Origin: Geopsychrobacteraceae bacterium
Lineage (GTDB): Bacteria > Desulfobacterota > Desulfuromonadia > Desulfuromonadales > Geopsychrobacteraceae
Direction of reading: 5' to 3'
Assembly: GCA_963676795.2 (NCBI GenBank)
Contig: CAXXTB010000001.1
Location: 96,001 to 160,000 of the forward strand
Length of the DNA: 64,000 nucleotides
This document shows positions 40,709 to 49,905 of the stretch, piece after piece. The position numbers and the translations under genes were made by a program. Positions within the stretch are counted from its first letter, which is position 1. Each line of letters starts with the position of its first letter. The notes below the pieces were generated by a model. It ran no database searches. It was not told the DNA's origin and worked only from the letters and a program-made list of their open reading frames with translations.

Positions 40709-41730
40709 CAGACAAACCTCCCGAAGGGACAGATGGGGTAATGACAGACCTTGCAGAAGTGGCAGAGGCCACCATGACCGGCCCGGGCGATCTCATCCTC
40801 GGTAATCCGGTCACCGGCCGCCATACGCGGCAGAAAGATATCGAGAGCGGTGGCGGCAAAGAACAGAGCGGCAGCAGGAACGGCGCAGACCGTTTTACCG
40901 CGTGCATAACCGATGGTCAGATTATTGCCCGGCTGAATCGGATTCCCCTTGTGAGGAAAGTCGATCCCCGCCTCATTCATAGCAGCAACGGTGACATCGT
41001 CGGGATCAACGGAAGTGCCACCGGTAATCAGCAACAGCTCCGCTTTATCCAGGGCGGCATTGATGGCTTCACTGATGCGCGGCTTTTCGTCAGGAAGCAG
41101 CTCGCTGTGAACGACCTCGATCCCCAGCGCTTTGAGCTTGGCGGTCAGTTTGGGGGTGAAACCATCCTTGATTTTGCCACTGAAGACCTCACTTCCGGTC
41201 ACCAGAATCGCGGCTTTTTTCACCTGATAGGGGCGAATCTGCAACAGTGGCGTCTCAAGTTCGGCCTCGATGGCGGTCATGATCTCCTGCGAACAGGTCA
41301 GCGGAATAATCCGGAAGGCAGCAACCTGCTTCCCCTCGGTGACCGGGAAATAGCGGTTGATGGTCGGCAATGAAGGGATCGCCAGGCGGTTGATCCGCTC
41401 CAGACGCTCAATATCGACCTCGAACAGACCCGGACAGGTCGCGTAAAAACCGATCTTGCCTTCCTTCGGCTTCTCATCGAAACGGATATGTTCTCCGGCA
41501 ATCTGCGGGGCCAGACGGATAGCCGCGTCATCCTCATGGACCTCGGCCTCGTTCCCTTCCCAGATATAGATATTGCGCTTGCCGATCCGCTCGAGAACCG
41601 GCAGGTCCTCTTCGCGAATCACATGGCCACGGGCAAAGGCGACCCCCTTATGCTTGTTTTCAGGGTCGACGACGGTAATGTCGTAGCCGAGAACCTTGCC
41701 GACAGCATCCGCTATCGCAATCTTAATCAT
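40708..41730 (-). CDS. Molybdopterin-binding (MoeA-like MoCF_biosynth domain) protein with Cys-rich C-terminus
   Basis: VTGSEV, TGGTSVDPDD, PIQPG and C-terminal GGLCHFCKVCHYPICPFG. Confidence 0.85.
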   Translation of the reverse strand: MIKIAIADAVGKVLGYDITVVDPENKHKGVAFARGHVIREEDLPVLERIGKRNIYIWEGNEAEVHEDDAAIRLAPQIAGEHIRFDEKPKEGKIGFYATCPGLFEVDIERLERINRLAIPSLPTINRYFPVTEGKQVAAFRIIPLTCSQEIMTAIEAELETPLLQIRPYQVKKAAILVTGSEVFSGKIKDGFTPKLTAKLKALGIEVVHSELLPDEKPRISEAINAALDKAELLLITGGTSVDPDDVTVAAMNEAGIDFPHKGNPIQPGNNLTIGYARGKTVCAVPAAALFFAATALDIFLPRMAAGDRITEDEIARAGHGGLCHFCKVCHYPICPFGRFV

Positions 41731-41865
41731 GCTTGATGACCTCCACTGCTATAAACTCGAGTTTCAGACAATTGTCCAAAACAAAACAGAGCGGCAGCAT
41801 AGCAGAAGAAAGTCCCAGAGCTGAAGCAGATAATTGCTATATAAGGGGAAATCGGCTTTATTCCG

Positions 41866-42885
41866 CTAAAGTTTCAGCTGATCGAAATCGAGCGAAATCC
41901 GCTCGCCGTGACGGACCTGGTTGCGCAACCGGGCCAGTTTTTCATCGAGATGGGCGAGCTGCTCGACCCCGGCGCGTTCCACTTCGCTGGTTTCGATGAC
42001 AGCAGCAACCCCGCCGTTACGGATCACCAGACGCCGGTCGCCGGAGAGGGCGAGCAGCGGATCGTGGGTTGCCATAAGGACGATCTTCTCCTTCTTGACC
42101 AGCAACTCCAATGCCCGCAGCCGGTCGACTCCGGCATTCTCGATCTCATCGATCAGGACGATCGGCGAGGCGCTCAGGCAGGCGACATCAGCGATCATCA
42201 GCGCCCGCGACTGGCCACCGGAGAGGGCTGTGACCGGCGTATCCAGGGTAAAGGGTTCACCGGCCAGATCGACAGCAGTGATAAAGATCTGCTCGACCCG
42301 CTCGGCGATATTGTTGACCAGCCGGCTCTCGGCGTGCATGGTGATGAACTCACGGACGCTCAAGTCCATGACAAAGTTCATGTTCTGCGACAACTGGGCG
42401 ACCAGCTGCTGTTCGCCTGAGAGGCGCAGCTGCTCATCCGGCACCTCGTCATCCACCAGAACCTGGCGCTGCGACGGGGTGTCCTGCTGGGCCAGGCATT
42501 CGATATCGGCGAGCAGGCGGCTTTTCCCCGAGCCGGTCGGCCCGACGACACAGACCACCTCGCCAGAACGCAGGACCAGATCCTGCGTCTCCGCGACCCC
42601 ATTCTTATCGACACCGGCCTTGACCGTCACGCTGCGGATCGTCGTCTCATCCTGCTGCTGAAGCTTCTCCATCTGAATGAGAAAATCGAGACACTGCTGA
42701 ACCAGAGTCTCCTGATCGAGAGCATATTCGGCCAGATGATCGGCGCTCTGGATTTTCAGCAAGGCACCGAGCGGCAGATCCCGCTCGGGAACTTCAATTG
42801 CCAGCGCCGCCAGAAAGTCGTGGAGCCAGGGGCGTTCTTCGAGCAGCCGGACAACAGACTGATTGAGAAGATCTGACGTATTCAT
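41866..42885 (-). CDS. ABC-type ATPase with N-terminal extra domain; no adjacent permease
   Basis: Walker A GPTGSGKS, LSGGQ, Walker B VLIDE, H-loop ATHD. Confidence 0.88.
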   Translation of the reverse strand: MNTSDLLNQSVVRLLEERPWLHDFLAALAIEVPERDLPLGALLKIQSADHLAEYALDQETLVQQCLDFLIQMEKLQQQDETTIRSVTVKAGVDKNGVAETQDLVLRSGEVVCVVGPTGSGKSRLLADIECLAQQDTPSQRQVLVDDEVPDEQLRLSGEQQLVAQLSQNMNFVMDLSVREFITMHAESRLVNNIAERVEQIFITAVDLAGEPFTLDTPVTALSGGQSRALMIADVACLSASPIVLIDEIENAGVDRLRALELLVKKEKIVLMATHDPLLALSGDRRLVIRNGGVAAVIETSEVERAGVEQLAHLDEKLARLRNQVRHGERISLDFDQLKL

Positions 42886-43568
42886 AAGAAATCCATGGTC
42901 TTGACATTGCCGATCTGGCAATCGGGGCCGATGCGCGTTTCGCCCAGACAGTAGGAACAGAGCGCCGCCGGCATGGTAAAGCGCAACCGCATGTCGATCA
43001 GGCTGTCAACCTCGGTCGCCCTTTCCAGATGGCGCTGTAGAAGCAAGTTGCCCTGACCGGTCAGGCCGTTGACCGGCAAGACTGCGGCACGCGGATTGAC
43101 CTGACGGACGCGGAAGGCGAAAACCTCACGCTCGGCCTGGGAGACGATATCCCCCTTGGTCAGCACCACAACATCCGAGTTCTTGAGCATCGGGCCGATC
43201 TTGCGCGGCGTGTGCACGCCGCTCAAGTGGTCGATAACGCAGAGGGCGAGGACGTCCTTGATATGCGGCGAGCAACGATTACAGAGCCCGGCGCTCTCGC
43301 TGACCAGCAGATTGAAGCCCCGCCTGAGCCCCCACTGCACCCCCTGCTCGATATTGGAGATGAAGAAGTGATCCGGGCAGAGACCTCCGGCCAAGCCGGT
43401 CTTGACCTCGATGCCGGACTTGCTGTAACGCAGATGGTCGTCGCTGGTCAGGCAGTCGAACTTGATGACACCGACCTTCAAACCGCTTTTGACCAGCGGT
43501 TCGATAGTGCGCAGAATGATCGATGTCTTGCCGCACGAAGGGGGCCCGGCGACGGTCACCAGTTTCAT
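42882..43568 (-). CDS. HypB/UreG/CobW-like (G3E) GTPase
   Basis: GPPSCGKT, KFDC, LCPDH, ESAGLCNRCSP, TKGD and C-terminal CSYC. Confidence 0.88.
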   Translation of the reverse strand: MKLVTVAGPPSCGKTSIILRTIEPLVKSGLKVGVIKFDCLTSDDHLRYSKSGIEVKTGLAGGLCPDHFFISNIEQGVQWGLRRGFNLLVSESAGLCNRCSPHIKDVLALCVIDHLSGVHTPRKIGPMLKNSDVVVLTKGDIVSQAEREVFAFRVRQVNPRAAVLPVNGLTGQGNLLLQRHLERATEVDSLIDMRLRFTMPAALCSYCLGETRIGPDCQIGNVKTMDFL

Positions 43569-44800
43569 TGTCCGGCGCCCCGTTGCAGAGATTCAAGGGC
43601 TGGCGGCATGAAGATCTTGTCGATCTCCCTGTTGACCTCAAGCAGATCTTGCCCACGCAGGAAATCCCAGCCAAGCCATTTGAGTGGTTTGTCCTGAACC
43701 TCACCGACAACCTCCTGGTGCGGAACCGGAAAGCGGGCGCTGTTGAGGGCCTGAGCCAGACCGGGACCGGTCAGATAGTCGAGCACCGGTTTGAGCTCTG
43801 CAACCTTGGACTTCTTCACCTGCAGGGTCACGGGGCTGGCCAGGGCCCCATCCTCCGGCCAGATAATCTTGATCCGCTCCTGGTGCTTGACCCGGTGAGC
43901 AAAGAATTCCGGCATGACATAGATCGCCCCCGGCGCACCGGCATCGATCTTCTTGACCATCTGCGAAGGATGCAGGCCACGCAGAACATTGCAAGCCAGC
44001 GCTTTGAGCCCTTCGGCGCCATGGTCAAGGAAGGTCGGCAACAGTACGGCATGACAGAAGAACTGGTCGCTGCCGCGCAGGGTGACGCTCTCTTTCCAGG
44101 CCGGATCGAGCAGATCCTTCCAGCTGGTTGGCAGGGAGCGCTCACCAAGCTCATCGAGGTTGACGACCATGACCAGCGGGTTGATGCCAAGAATTGAATA
44201 TTCCTGCTGAGGGTCGAGAATCCCGGCCTTGGCGTAGGCTGCTGTCGGCTGCGGCGTACCGTAACCGGTCATCTCCCCGGTTACGACAAAGGTCTGGTAG
44301 AACTGATGACCATAAAAAGAGTTGAAATCCGCCGAAACAATGATGTCGGGCAGTTCGTTCACCTCTTTAAGGGTTTTGATGTAGGGGTAATAGGAGAGTT
44401 CCTGGTTGACATTCCCCTCAACGGCATAGGTGATCTCCAGCCCCTGCTCGACTTTCAGCTGTTCGAGAAATTCCGTGACCGCCCTGCCGAAGGGAACCTT
44501 GAGGCCGCAGGGCATCAGGGCAAGCAGAGTCAGATCCTTCTGACACTCCGGGGAATCGAGGCCAGGCGCCTCAAGCGGCCTGTCTGCCTCAACCGCTGCA
44601 TTGAGCAGGCGTAAAAAAGTGATGCCATCGACGTTGCGGCTGCGCAGTGCGGTGCCCAGAGTCAGAAAAGGGGCAAGCAGGCGCAGGCCCTCCTCGCTGA
44701 CCAGTGAGGCCAGGCCGTGGGCCTGAAAAACCTGTTCTGTCTGCGGATAGTGCTTGACGATATCCGCGATCTTCATCTCGTAACCGATGACCGGCGACAT
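43565..44800 (-). CDS. Solute-binding-protein-like protein without signal peptide, with N-terminal DUF1858-like domain
   Basis: MKIADIVKHYPQTEQVF N-terminus; PTSWKDLLDP and IIWPEDGA SBP motifs; no hydrophobic leader. Confidence 0.75.
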   Translation of the reverse strand: MSPVIGYEMKIADIVKHYPQTEQVFQAHGLASLVSEEGLRLLAPFLTLGTALRSRNVDGITFLRLLNAAVEADRPLEAPGLDSPECQKDLTLLALMPCGLKVPFGRAVTEFLEQLKVEQGLEITYAVEGNVNQELSYYPYIKTLKEVNELPDIIVSADFNSFYGHQFYQTFVVTGEMTGYGTPQPTAAYAKAGILDPQQEYSILGINPLVMVVNLDELGERSLPTSWKDLLDPAWKESVTLRGSDQFFCHAVLLPTFLDHGAEGLKALACNVLRGLHPSQMVKKIDAGAPGAIYVMPEFFAHRVKHQERIKIIWPEDGALASPVTLQVKKSKVAELKPVLDYLTGPGLAQALNSARFPVPHQEVVGEVQDKPLKWLGWDFLRGQDLLEVNREIDKIFMPPALESLQRGAGQ

Positions 44801-45064
44801 AGTATCTCCTGAAATGTAATTGAATGGAAACCCAGGAAGAGATGCATACAGCCCGGCCAGTAATCCGGTTCATGTCATGATCAATTCACAAGCTGTACTT
44901 GTTTCAAAACAGTTGAGAACTGATGCATAATGCGTTCCGTTTATAAAATTACGGGGAAAAGACCTGTTTTCAGGAGATTACGAAAGAGTCCGACTGCCCG
45001 GGAAGAACCGGAATGCAAATATTCTGGCTTGCAAACCTGGTCCCTGCTCAAGAAATAACCAGTT

Positions 45065-45415
45065 TCAGCGGTTGTCCTGCCGGTCGTATTTGAGCTGGCA
45101 GATTTCCAGACGAGCCAGATAGAGGTCCCGGAAAAGGAGATTGGCACGAGCTGTGACCAGGTCATTGTAAGCTTCCAGAACATTTCTGAAATTGCGGCGA
45201 ATCGATTCAAACTGAGTTTCACTGAGATCCTGAGGCAGCGTCAGGGTCAGCTCCGGCGTTTCATGATCAAAATGCTTATGCAGCAGAACCTCGAGTTCCG
45301 ACCTGAGGCAACTGGAGACCTCCGGCTTTAAATGCCGCAAATGTTCTTCGAAGGCAGCATCGACAATTTCACGAATATCTTTCTTGGGGCGTAACGGAAT
45401 AACCTTTGCTCTCAT
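45065..45415 (-). CDS. Hypothetical protein
   Basis: 116-aa ORF with an SD-like AGGACGG that fills the intergenic space; no motif recognised. Confidence 0.6.
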   Translation of the reverse strand: MRAKVIPLRPKKDIREIVDAAFEEHLRHLKPEVSSCLRSELEVLLHKHFDHETPELTLTLPQDLSETQFESIRRNFRNVLEAYNDLVTARANLLFRDLYLARLEICQLKYDRQDNR

Positions 45416-45495
45416 TTCACCGTCCTAAACATGACAAATCAAGTAACACTTAGAACAGCATAACGGATTGCACCGCTCAGATGTAAGGGGGAGGG

Positions 45496-45534
45496 AAAAA
45501 CTTTTCCCCGCTGTAAGGAAATTACAGCGGGGAA
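45496..45534 (-). terminator. Intrinsic terminator
   Basis: 13-bp stem TTCCCCGCTGTAA/TTACAGCGGGGAA with a T-tract on the minus strand, just after the stop codon at 45545. Confidence 0.65.
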
Positions 45535-45544
45535 CTGGACAGGA

Positions 45545-46306
45545 TCAGAAACGCACCATCAGGCCACCGAAAGGACCGGCCATCTGGGTATCGACATAGA
45601 TCTCGTCTTCGTCGATCTTCAGGTCGAAATAACGGATACCCGCATAGAGACCGAACATCGGCAGCGGCGAAAATTCAACCTGAGCCTCGGCATCGAGGAA
45701 ATAATTTCCTTCATATTCCATGTAACCGACGCGCCCGGTCACACCGAGGTAATCCGCAAAGGCGAGTCTGGCGCGGGCACCGAGGGTCGGGATCGGAACG
45801 ACAACGGACTCCGAAGCCGAAACGCTACCGATTGCTTCACGAACCGAAAGGTCAGCATCGGCAATCTTGACCGCCAACTCCAGGCCAAGCTGAATGCGGG
45901 TCGGCAGATCGTCGGTATTGATTATGAAGTAGGTATAACCCAGATCATAAACATCGAGGTCAAGATCGGTCTTTACCCGGGTAGACGCACTGAAGGTCTC
46001 GCCATTGATCTCGATCGAATCGGACAGGGTTCCGGTTCCGGAAAAGCTGATCGGCAGATAATTGAGAGATAACCTGGAGTTCCCCAGGTTGAGGGCGATT
46101 TCACCGGTGAAGCTTTCGCTGTCGGACAGGTTCAGGGAATCATCGATATCGACGGCATAGCTGCTTGTGCCGTCAACAACACCGCCGATCTCACCTTCCG
46201 GAGTGAGCAGCTGATAACCGGCCTTGAGCGAAACAAGCTCATCGGCAAAAGCAAACTGTGCCGCAAAAAGAACAAGACCGACCAGCCACAAGACTTTCCA
46301 TTTCAT
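45545..46306 (-). CDS. Outer membrane beta-barrel protein
   Basis: Signal peptide (AFA-D), amphipathic beta strands and C-terminal GPFGGLMVRF; GGAGG SD. Confidence 0.8.
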   Translation of the reverse strand: MKWKVLWLVGLVLFAAQFAFADELVSLKAGYQLLTPEGEIGGVVDGTSSYAVDIDDSLNLSDSESFTGEIALNLGNSRLSLNYLPISFSGTGTLSDSIEINGETFSASTRVKTDLDLDVYDLGYTYFIINTDDLPTRIQLGLELAVKIADADLSVREAIGSVSASESVVVPIPTLGARARLAFADYLGVTGRVGYMEYEGNYFLDAEAQVEFSPLPMFGLYAGIRYFDLKIDEDEIYVDTQMAGPFGGLMVRF

Positions 46307-46437
46307 AGACACCTCCCAGATATTGCGTCGTAAACTAAAAGCCTAGCACAACATTGGAGGACTGTCAGTGATCTAGTGTAACAGGGCCGGAAAATTCCTT
46401 CTGCCGGCCCAGATATTCAATCAATGACAACGCTGTA

Positions 46438-46785
46438 TCACTTACCCGCCGGCTTGCGCCCCTTGGGTACGCGCTTGCGGCGGCTGCGCTTTTCCGGTGC
46501 CTCTTCGGCCTGCGGAATCAGCGCCTCTTTAGGCTTTGGTGCTGAAACACAGATGCAGCGGTTACCAAGGCGGGTACCGTCGAGCATGTTGATGGCATCA
46601 CGGTTCTCCGCCTCTGAAGCCATGCGGATAAAGGCGATCCCCTTGGATCTCCCCTGCGTATCGCTGAGCATGTGGATCGCTTTCACAGTTCCGCATACGG
46701 AAAACAGCTTATGCAGGTCCTCTTCTGTTGTCTCAAAATCGAGCGACGAGACAAACACCTCTTTTATCTTGGGCTTGGTTTTCAT
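46438..46785 (-). CDS. RRM-domain RNA-binding protein
   Basis: RNP2 VFVSSL, RNP1 KGIAFIRM and basic tail. Confidence 0.88.
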   Translation of the reverse strand: MKTKPKIKEVFVSSLDFETTEEDLHKLFSVCGTVKAIHMLSDTQGRSKGIAFIRMASEAENRDAINMLDGTRLGNRCICVSAPKPKEALIPQAEEAPEKRSRRKRVPKGRKPAGK

Positions 46786-47654
46786 ATTTCGTTGGTATTC
46801 CTGGTAAATGCATCTTCCACGACAGTCGATCGCTCAAGGCTGATCCTGCCAAGTTTTCCGCCACGCAGTTCGCGCAGCAACAGTTCGGCGGCCCGGTGGA
46901 TATCCACCTCCCCGCCACTGACCAGACAACCGCGGTTGCGGCCGAGCTGCTCGAGCAAGACGACCGGCTCAACCTTCAGCTCCTCCAGTTTGTAACGTTC
47001 ACCGAGCATGGCGGGATAGGTCTCGGCCAGGTATTCCAGGGTCACCAGGCCGACGCTCGTGGTATCGTAAGCATTCTCACCGATGGCGCCACTGGCCGCC
47101 AGGCGGCAGGCCCCGGCGATCTCGTCAAGCACCGGCCACAAGAGACCGGGGGTATCGTAAAGCAGAATCCCGTTGCGCAGATCGATCTGTTGCTGACAGG
47201 TGGTGATCCCCGCCTTGTCCCCGACCCGGGCGACCTTCTTGCCAGCCATGGTGTTGATCAGGGTCGACTTGCCGACATTGGGAATACCGACAATCATCAC
47301 CCGCAGCGGTTTGCCCGATTTGGCCCGGCTGGCCAGCATCGAGCGGCACATGTGCGGAATCAGTCCGGCATCGCGACGATTCTTGGCTTCCAGCGGCAGC
47401 GCCTTGACCCCCTGCTCCTGCTCGAAGTGCTTGACCCAGGCCTTGGTTACGAAAGGATCGGCCAGATCATTCTTGTTCAGGACCTTCAGGCAGGGCCTGT
47501 TTTTCTCTTTGCGTAACTTCTCTAGCAGCGGATTGGCACTGCTGACCGGCAGACGGGCATCGAGAACCTCGATCACCAGATCTGTCTTGGACAGATTCTC
47601 AGCAATCTGGGCCCGGGCTTTTCGCATATGTCCCGGGTACCATTCAATTATCAT
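46782..47654 (-). CDS. ylqF: Ribosome biogenesis GTPase RbgA/YlqF
   Basis: WYPGHM, DARLP, NKND, GIPNVGKST, DTPG. Confidence 0.95.
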   Translation of the reverse strand: MIIEWYPGHMRKARAQIAENLSKTDLVIEVLDARLPVSSANPLLEKLRKEKNRPCLKVLNKNDLADPFVTKAWVKHFEQEQGVKALPLEAKNRRDAGLIPHMCRSMLASRAKSGKPLRVMIVGIPNVGKSTLINTMAGKKVARVGDKAGITTCQQQIDLRNGILLYDTPGLLWPVLDEIAGACRLAASGAIGENAYDTTSVGLVTLEYLAETYPAMLGERYKLEELKVEPVVLLEQLGRNRGCLVSGGEVDIHRAAELLLRELRGGKLGRISLERSTVVEDAFTRNTNEI

Positions 47655-47675
47655 CTTTGTTTACTCTTTTCTAAA

Positions 47676-47736
47676 AACACCCCCCTCAATCCCCCCTATG
47701 GAATAGGGGGGAAGCGAGCTCAGCGAGCAGGGGGGT
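47676..47736. repeat. Family A REP-like repeat, copy 5
   Basis: AACACCCCCCTCAATCCCCCCTATGGAATAGGGGGGAAGCGAGCTCAGCGAGCAGGGGGGT. Confidence 0.9.
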
Positions 47737-47743
47737 CTATTAA

Positions 47744-47922
47744 TAGCGGTCATCCGAAAACTCAAACTGCAACCGAAACGTTTTCAGATCGGAAACGAGC
47801 AATTTTTCGTTGTGGCTAGGAAATCAAGAGCTTATGCGGAGGCATAGTGCTTTACGCCGCACAAATAAGCCCGCAGATTGACGCCGCCACGGCGAAAAAG
47901 GGCCGTTTCCGGCTGAAAACTA
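47744..47922 (+). mobile_element. Family B MITE-like element, copy 2
   Basis: Homologous to 28776-28955; its right end GAAAACTA overlaps the aroC stop codon. Confidence 0.75.
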
Positions 47923-48996
47923 ACCACGCATCCGCTGAATCATCACCAGATCAGCCAGGACCAGGGCCGACATGGTTTCAACAATCGGGATGGCGCGCGG
48001 CACGACGCAGGGATCATGGCGCCCCTTGGCTTCAAGAATCGCCTCATTGCCGTCAAAATCGACGGTCTTCTGGGCCTGACCGATGGTTGCCGGCGGCTTG
48101 AAGGCGACGCGGAAATAGACCGGCTCGCCATTGGAGATGCCGCCCTGGACACCGCCACTTTTGTTGGTCAGGGTGCCGAGGCGATCCCCCTTTTTGATGA
48201 ACGGATCGTTATGCACCGAACCGCGTTGACGGGCACCGTCGAAACCGGAGCCGATCTCAAAGGCCTTGGTTGCCGGCAGCGACAGCATGGCATGTCCGAG
48301 CATTGCTTCCAGGCGGTCGAAAACCGGCTCACCGAGACCGGCCGGCAGGTTGCGGATGACACAGCTCACCACTCCGCCGACCGAATCCTTGGCCTCGCGG
48401 GCCGCGACGATCTCTTCGGTCATCAGAGCTGCAGCAGCCGTATCGGGGCAGCGGATATCACTAACATCGACCTGATCACGGTTGATCGTTGCCATATCGA
48501 TCTCTGCGGCATCATGCTGACCGACAGAACTGACCCAGGCGACGATTTCAACCCCGTATTGCTCAAGCAGAAACTTCTCGGCGATGGCACCGGCAGCAAC
48601 CCGGCCGATAGTCTCCCGCGCACTGGAACGGCCACCGCCACTGGCTGCGTGGATACCATATTTCATCTGATAGGTGTAGTCGGCGTGCGATGGGCGCGGG
48701 ATGGCCCGCATCTCACCGTAATCACCCGGTCTCTGATCCTTGTTATTGACCAGCATGCCGATCGGTGTGCCCAGGGTCAGACCATGCTCCACACCGGAGA
48801 GGATCCTGACCTGATCCGCTTCATTGCGTTCGGTTCCCAGCTTGTTGCCGCCCGGACGACGCCGGTCCAGCTGAACCTGAATATCCGCCTCGCTCAGCGC
48901 CATTCTTGACGGTACGCCGTCAACAACGACACCAACACCCGGACAGTGGGATTCTCCAAAGCTACTGATTCTGAAAAAACGACCAAAACTCGACAT
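47920..48996 (-). CDS. aroC: Chorismate synthase
   Basis: [37 protein letters not shown]. Confidence 0.98.
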   Translation of the reverse strand: MSSFGRFFRISSFGESHCPGVGVVVDGVPSRMALSEADIQVQLDRRRPGGNKLGTERNEADQVRILSGVEHGLTLGTPIGMLVNNKDQRPGDYGEMRAIPRPSHADYTYQMKYGIHAASGGGRSSARETIGRVAAGAIAEKFLLEQYGVEIVAWVSSVGQHDAAEIDMATINRDQVDVSDIRCPDTAAAALMTEEIVAAREAKDSVGGVVSCVIRNLPAGLGEPVFDRLEAMLGHAMLSLPATKAFEIGSGFDGARQRGSVHNDPFIKKGDRLGTLTNKSGGVQGGISNGEPVYFRVAFKPPATIGQAQKTVDFDGNEAILEAKGRHDPCVVPRAIPIVETMSALVLADLVMIQRMRG

Positions 48997-49227
48997 GCTA
49001 ACCCTTTCAACAAAACTGGCGTGATCATTTTACGAATTGGGCAGAATAGCAGAAAACCGCTATGAAGGCTATTCAAGTTGCAGCTAAAAAGCTAATTCTG
49101 CGATGAAATTCCAGCCAGAAACCGATAACGGGGCATTTTTTGCACGAATTCTCCGACCGAACCCCGCATTGAACGTTGTCTTGATTCATTTTTGTGCTAA
49201 TATCCGGCCGACATTGATGGAGTTTCT

Positions 49228-49905
49228 ATGGCTGATGTAACAAAATTCCTTGCCGGTATCGCCAATTTTCAGCAACAGCATTTTGGCGAAAATCCAGAAC
49301 TTGCCTCCAGCCTGGCCTCAGGTCAGAAGCCGCAGGCCCTGTTGATCGGCTGCTGCGACTCGCGGGTCGATCCGGCCTTGTTGACCGACAGTGCTCCCGG
49401 CGACCTGTTTATCCTGCGCAATATCGCCAACCTGGTCCCCCCCTATCAGAAAAACGATGACTACCACGGAGTCAGCTCAACCATCGAGTATGCGGTCTGC
49501 ATTCTCGAGGTCTCGGACATCATCATTCTCGGCCATTCAAACTGTGGCGGAATCAAGGTGCTGATGGAATCGAAGGGAGGGGAACCGATGGGGGAATTTA
49601 TCGGCAACTGGGTCGATATCGCCGCATCGGCACGCGACAAAGTGCTGCACGACATGCCTGATGCGCCGGTCGAAAAACAGACCCGTGCCTGCGAGAAGGA
49701 AGCGATCCTCGTTTCATTGAAAAACCTGATGAGCTTCCCCTGGGTCAAGGAGCGGATCGCCAAGGGACAGCTCAGCCTGCACGGCTGGCACTATGACATC
49801 AGCGACGGCCGTCTCCAGTACTACAATCAACTCACCGGCGAATATGAAACCCTGGTCGACCGCTATTCGTTTGAAAAAAGCCTGACTACTGATTCTGGGG
49901 ACTGA
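49228..49905 (+). CDS. Beta-class carbonic anhydrase
   Basis: CCDSRV, RNIAN, HSNCGG Zn ligands. Confidence 0.95.
   Translation: MADVTKFLAGIANFQQQHFGENPELASSLASGQKPQALLIGCCDSRVDPALLTDSAPGDLFILRNIANLVPPYQKNDDYHGVSSTIEYAVCILEVSDIIILGHSNCGGIKVLMESKGGEPMGEFIGNWVDIAASARDKVLHDMPDAPVEKQTRACEKEAILVSLKNLMSFPWVKERIAKGQLSLHGWHYDISDGRLQYYNQLTGEYETLVDRYSFEKSLTTDSGD

Noticed and set aside
41731..41865. Moco riboswitch or ModE box before the Moco genes
   Set aside because: There is only a partial TTATATAG and no recognisable aptamer or second half-site.
44875..44891. CRP/FNR/HcpR- or Rex-like site TTGTGAATTGATCATGA upstream of the SBP-GTPase-ATPase trio
   Set aside because: It has one good half-site but the spacing is off by one from the consensus, too weak to call without phylogenetic footprinting.
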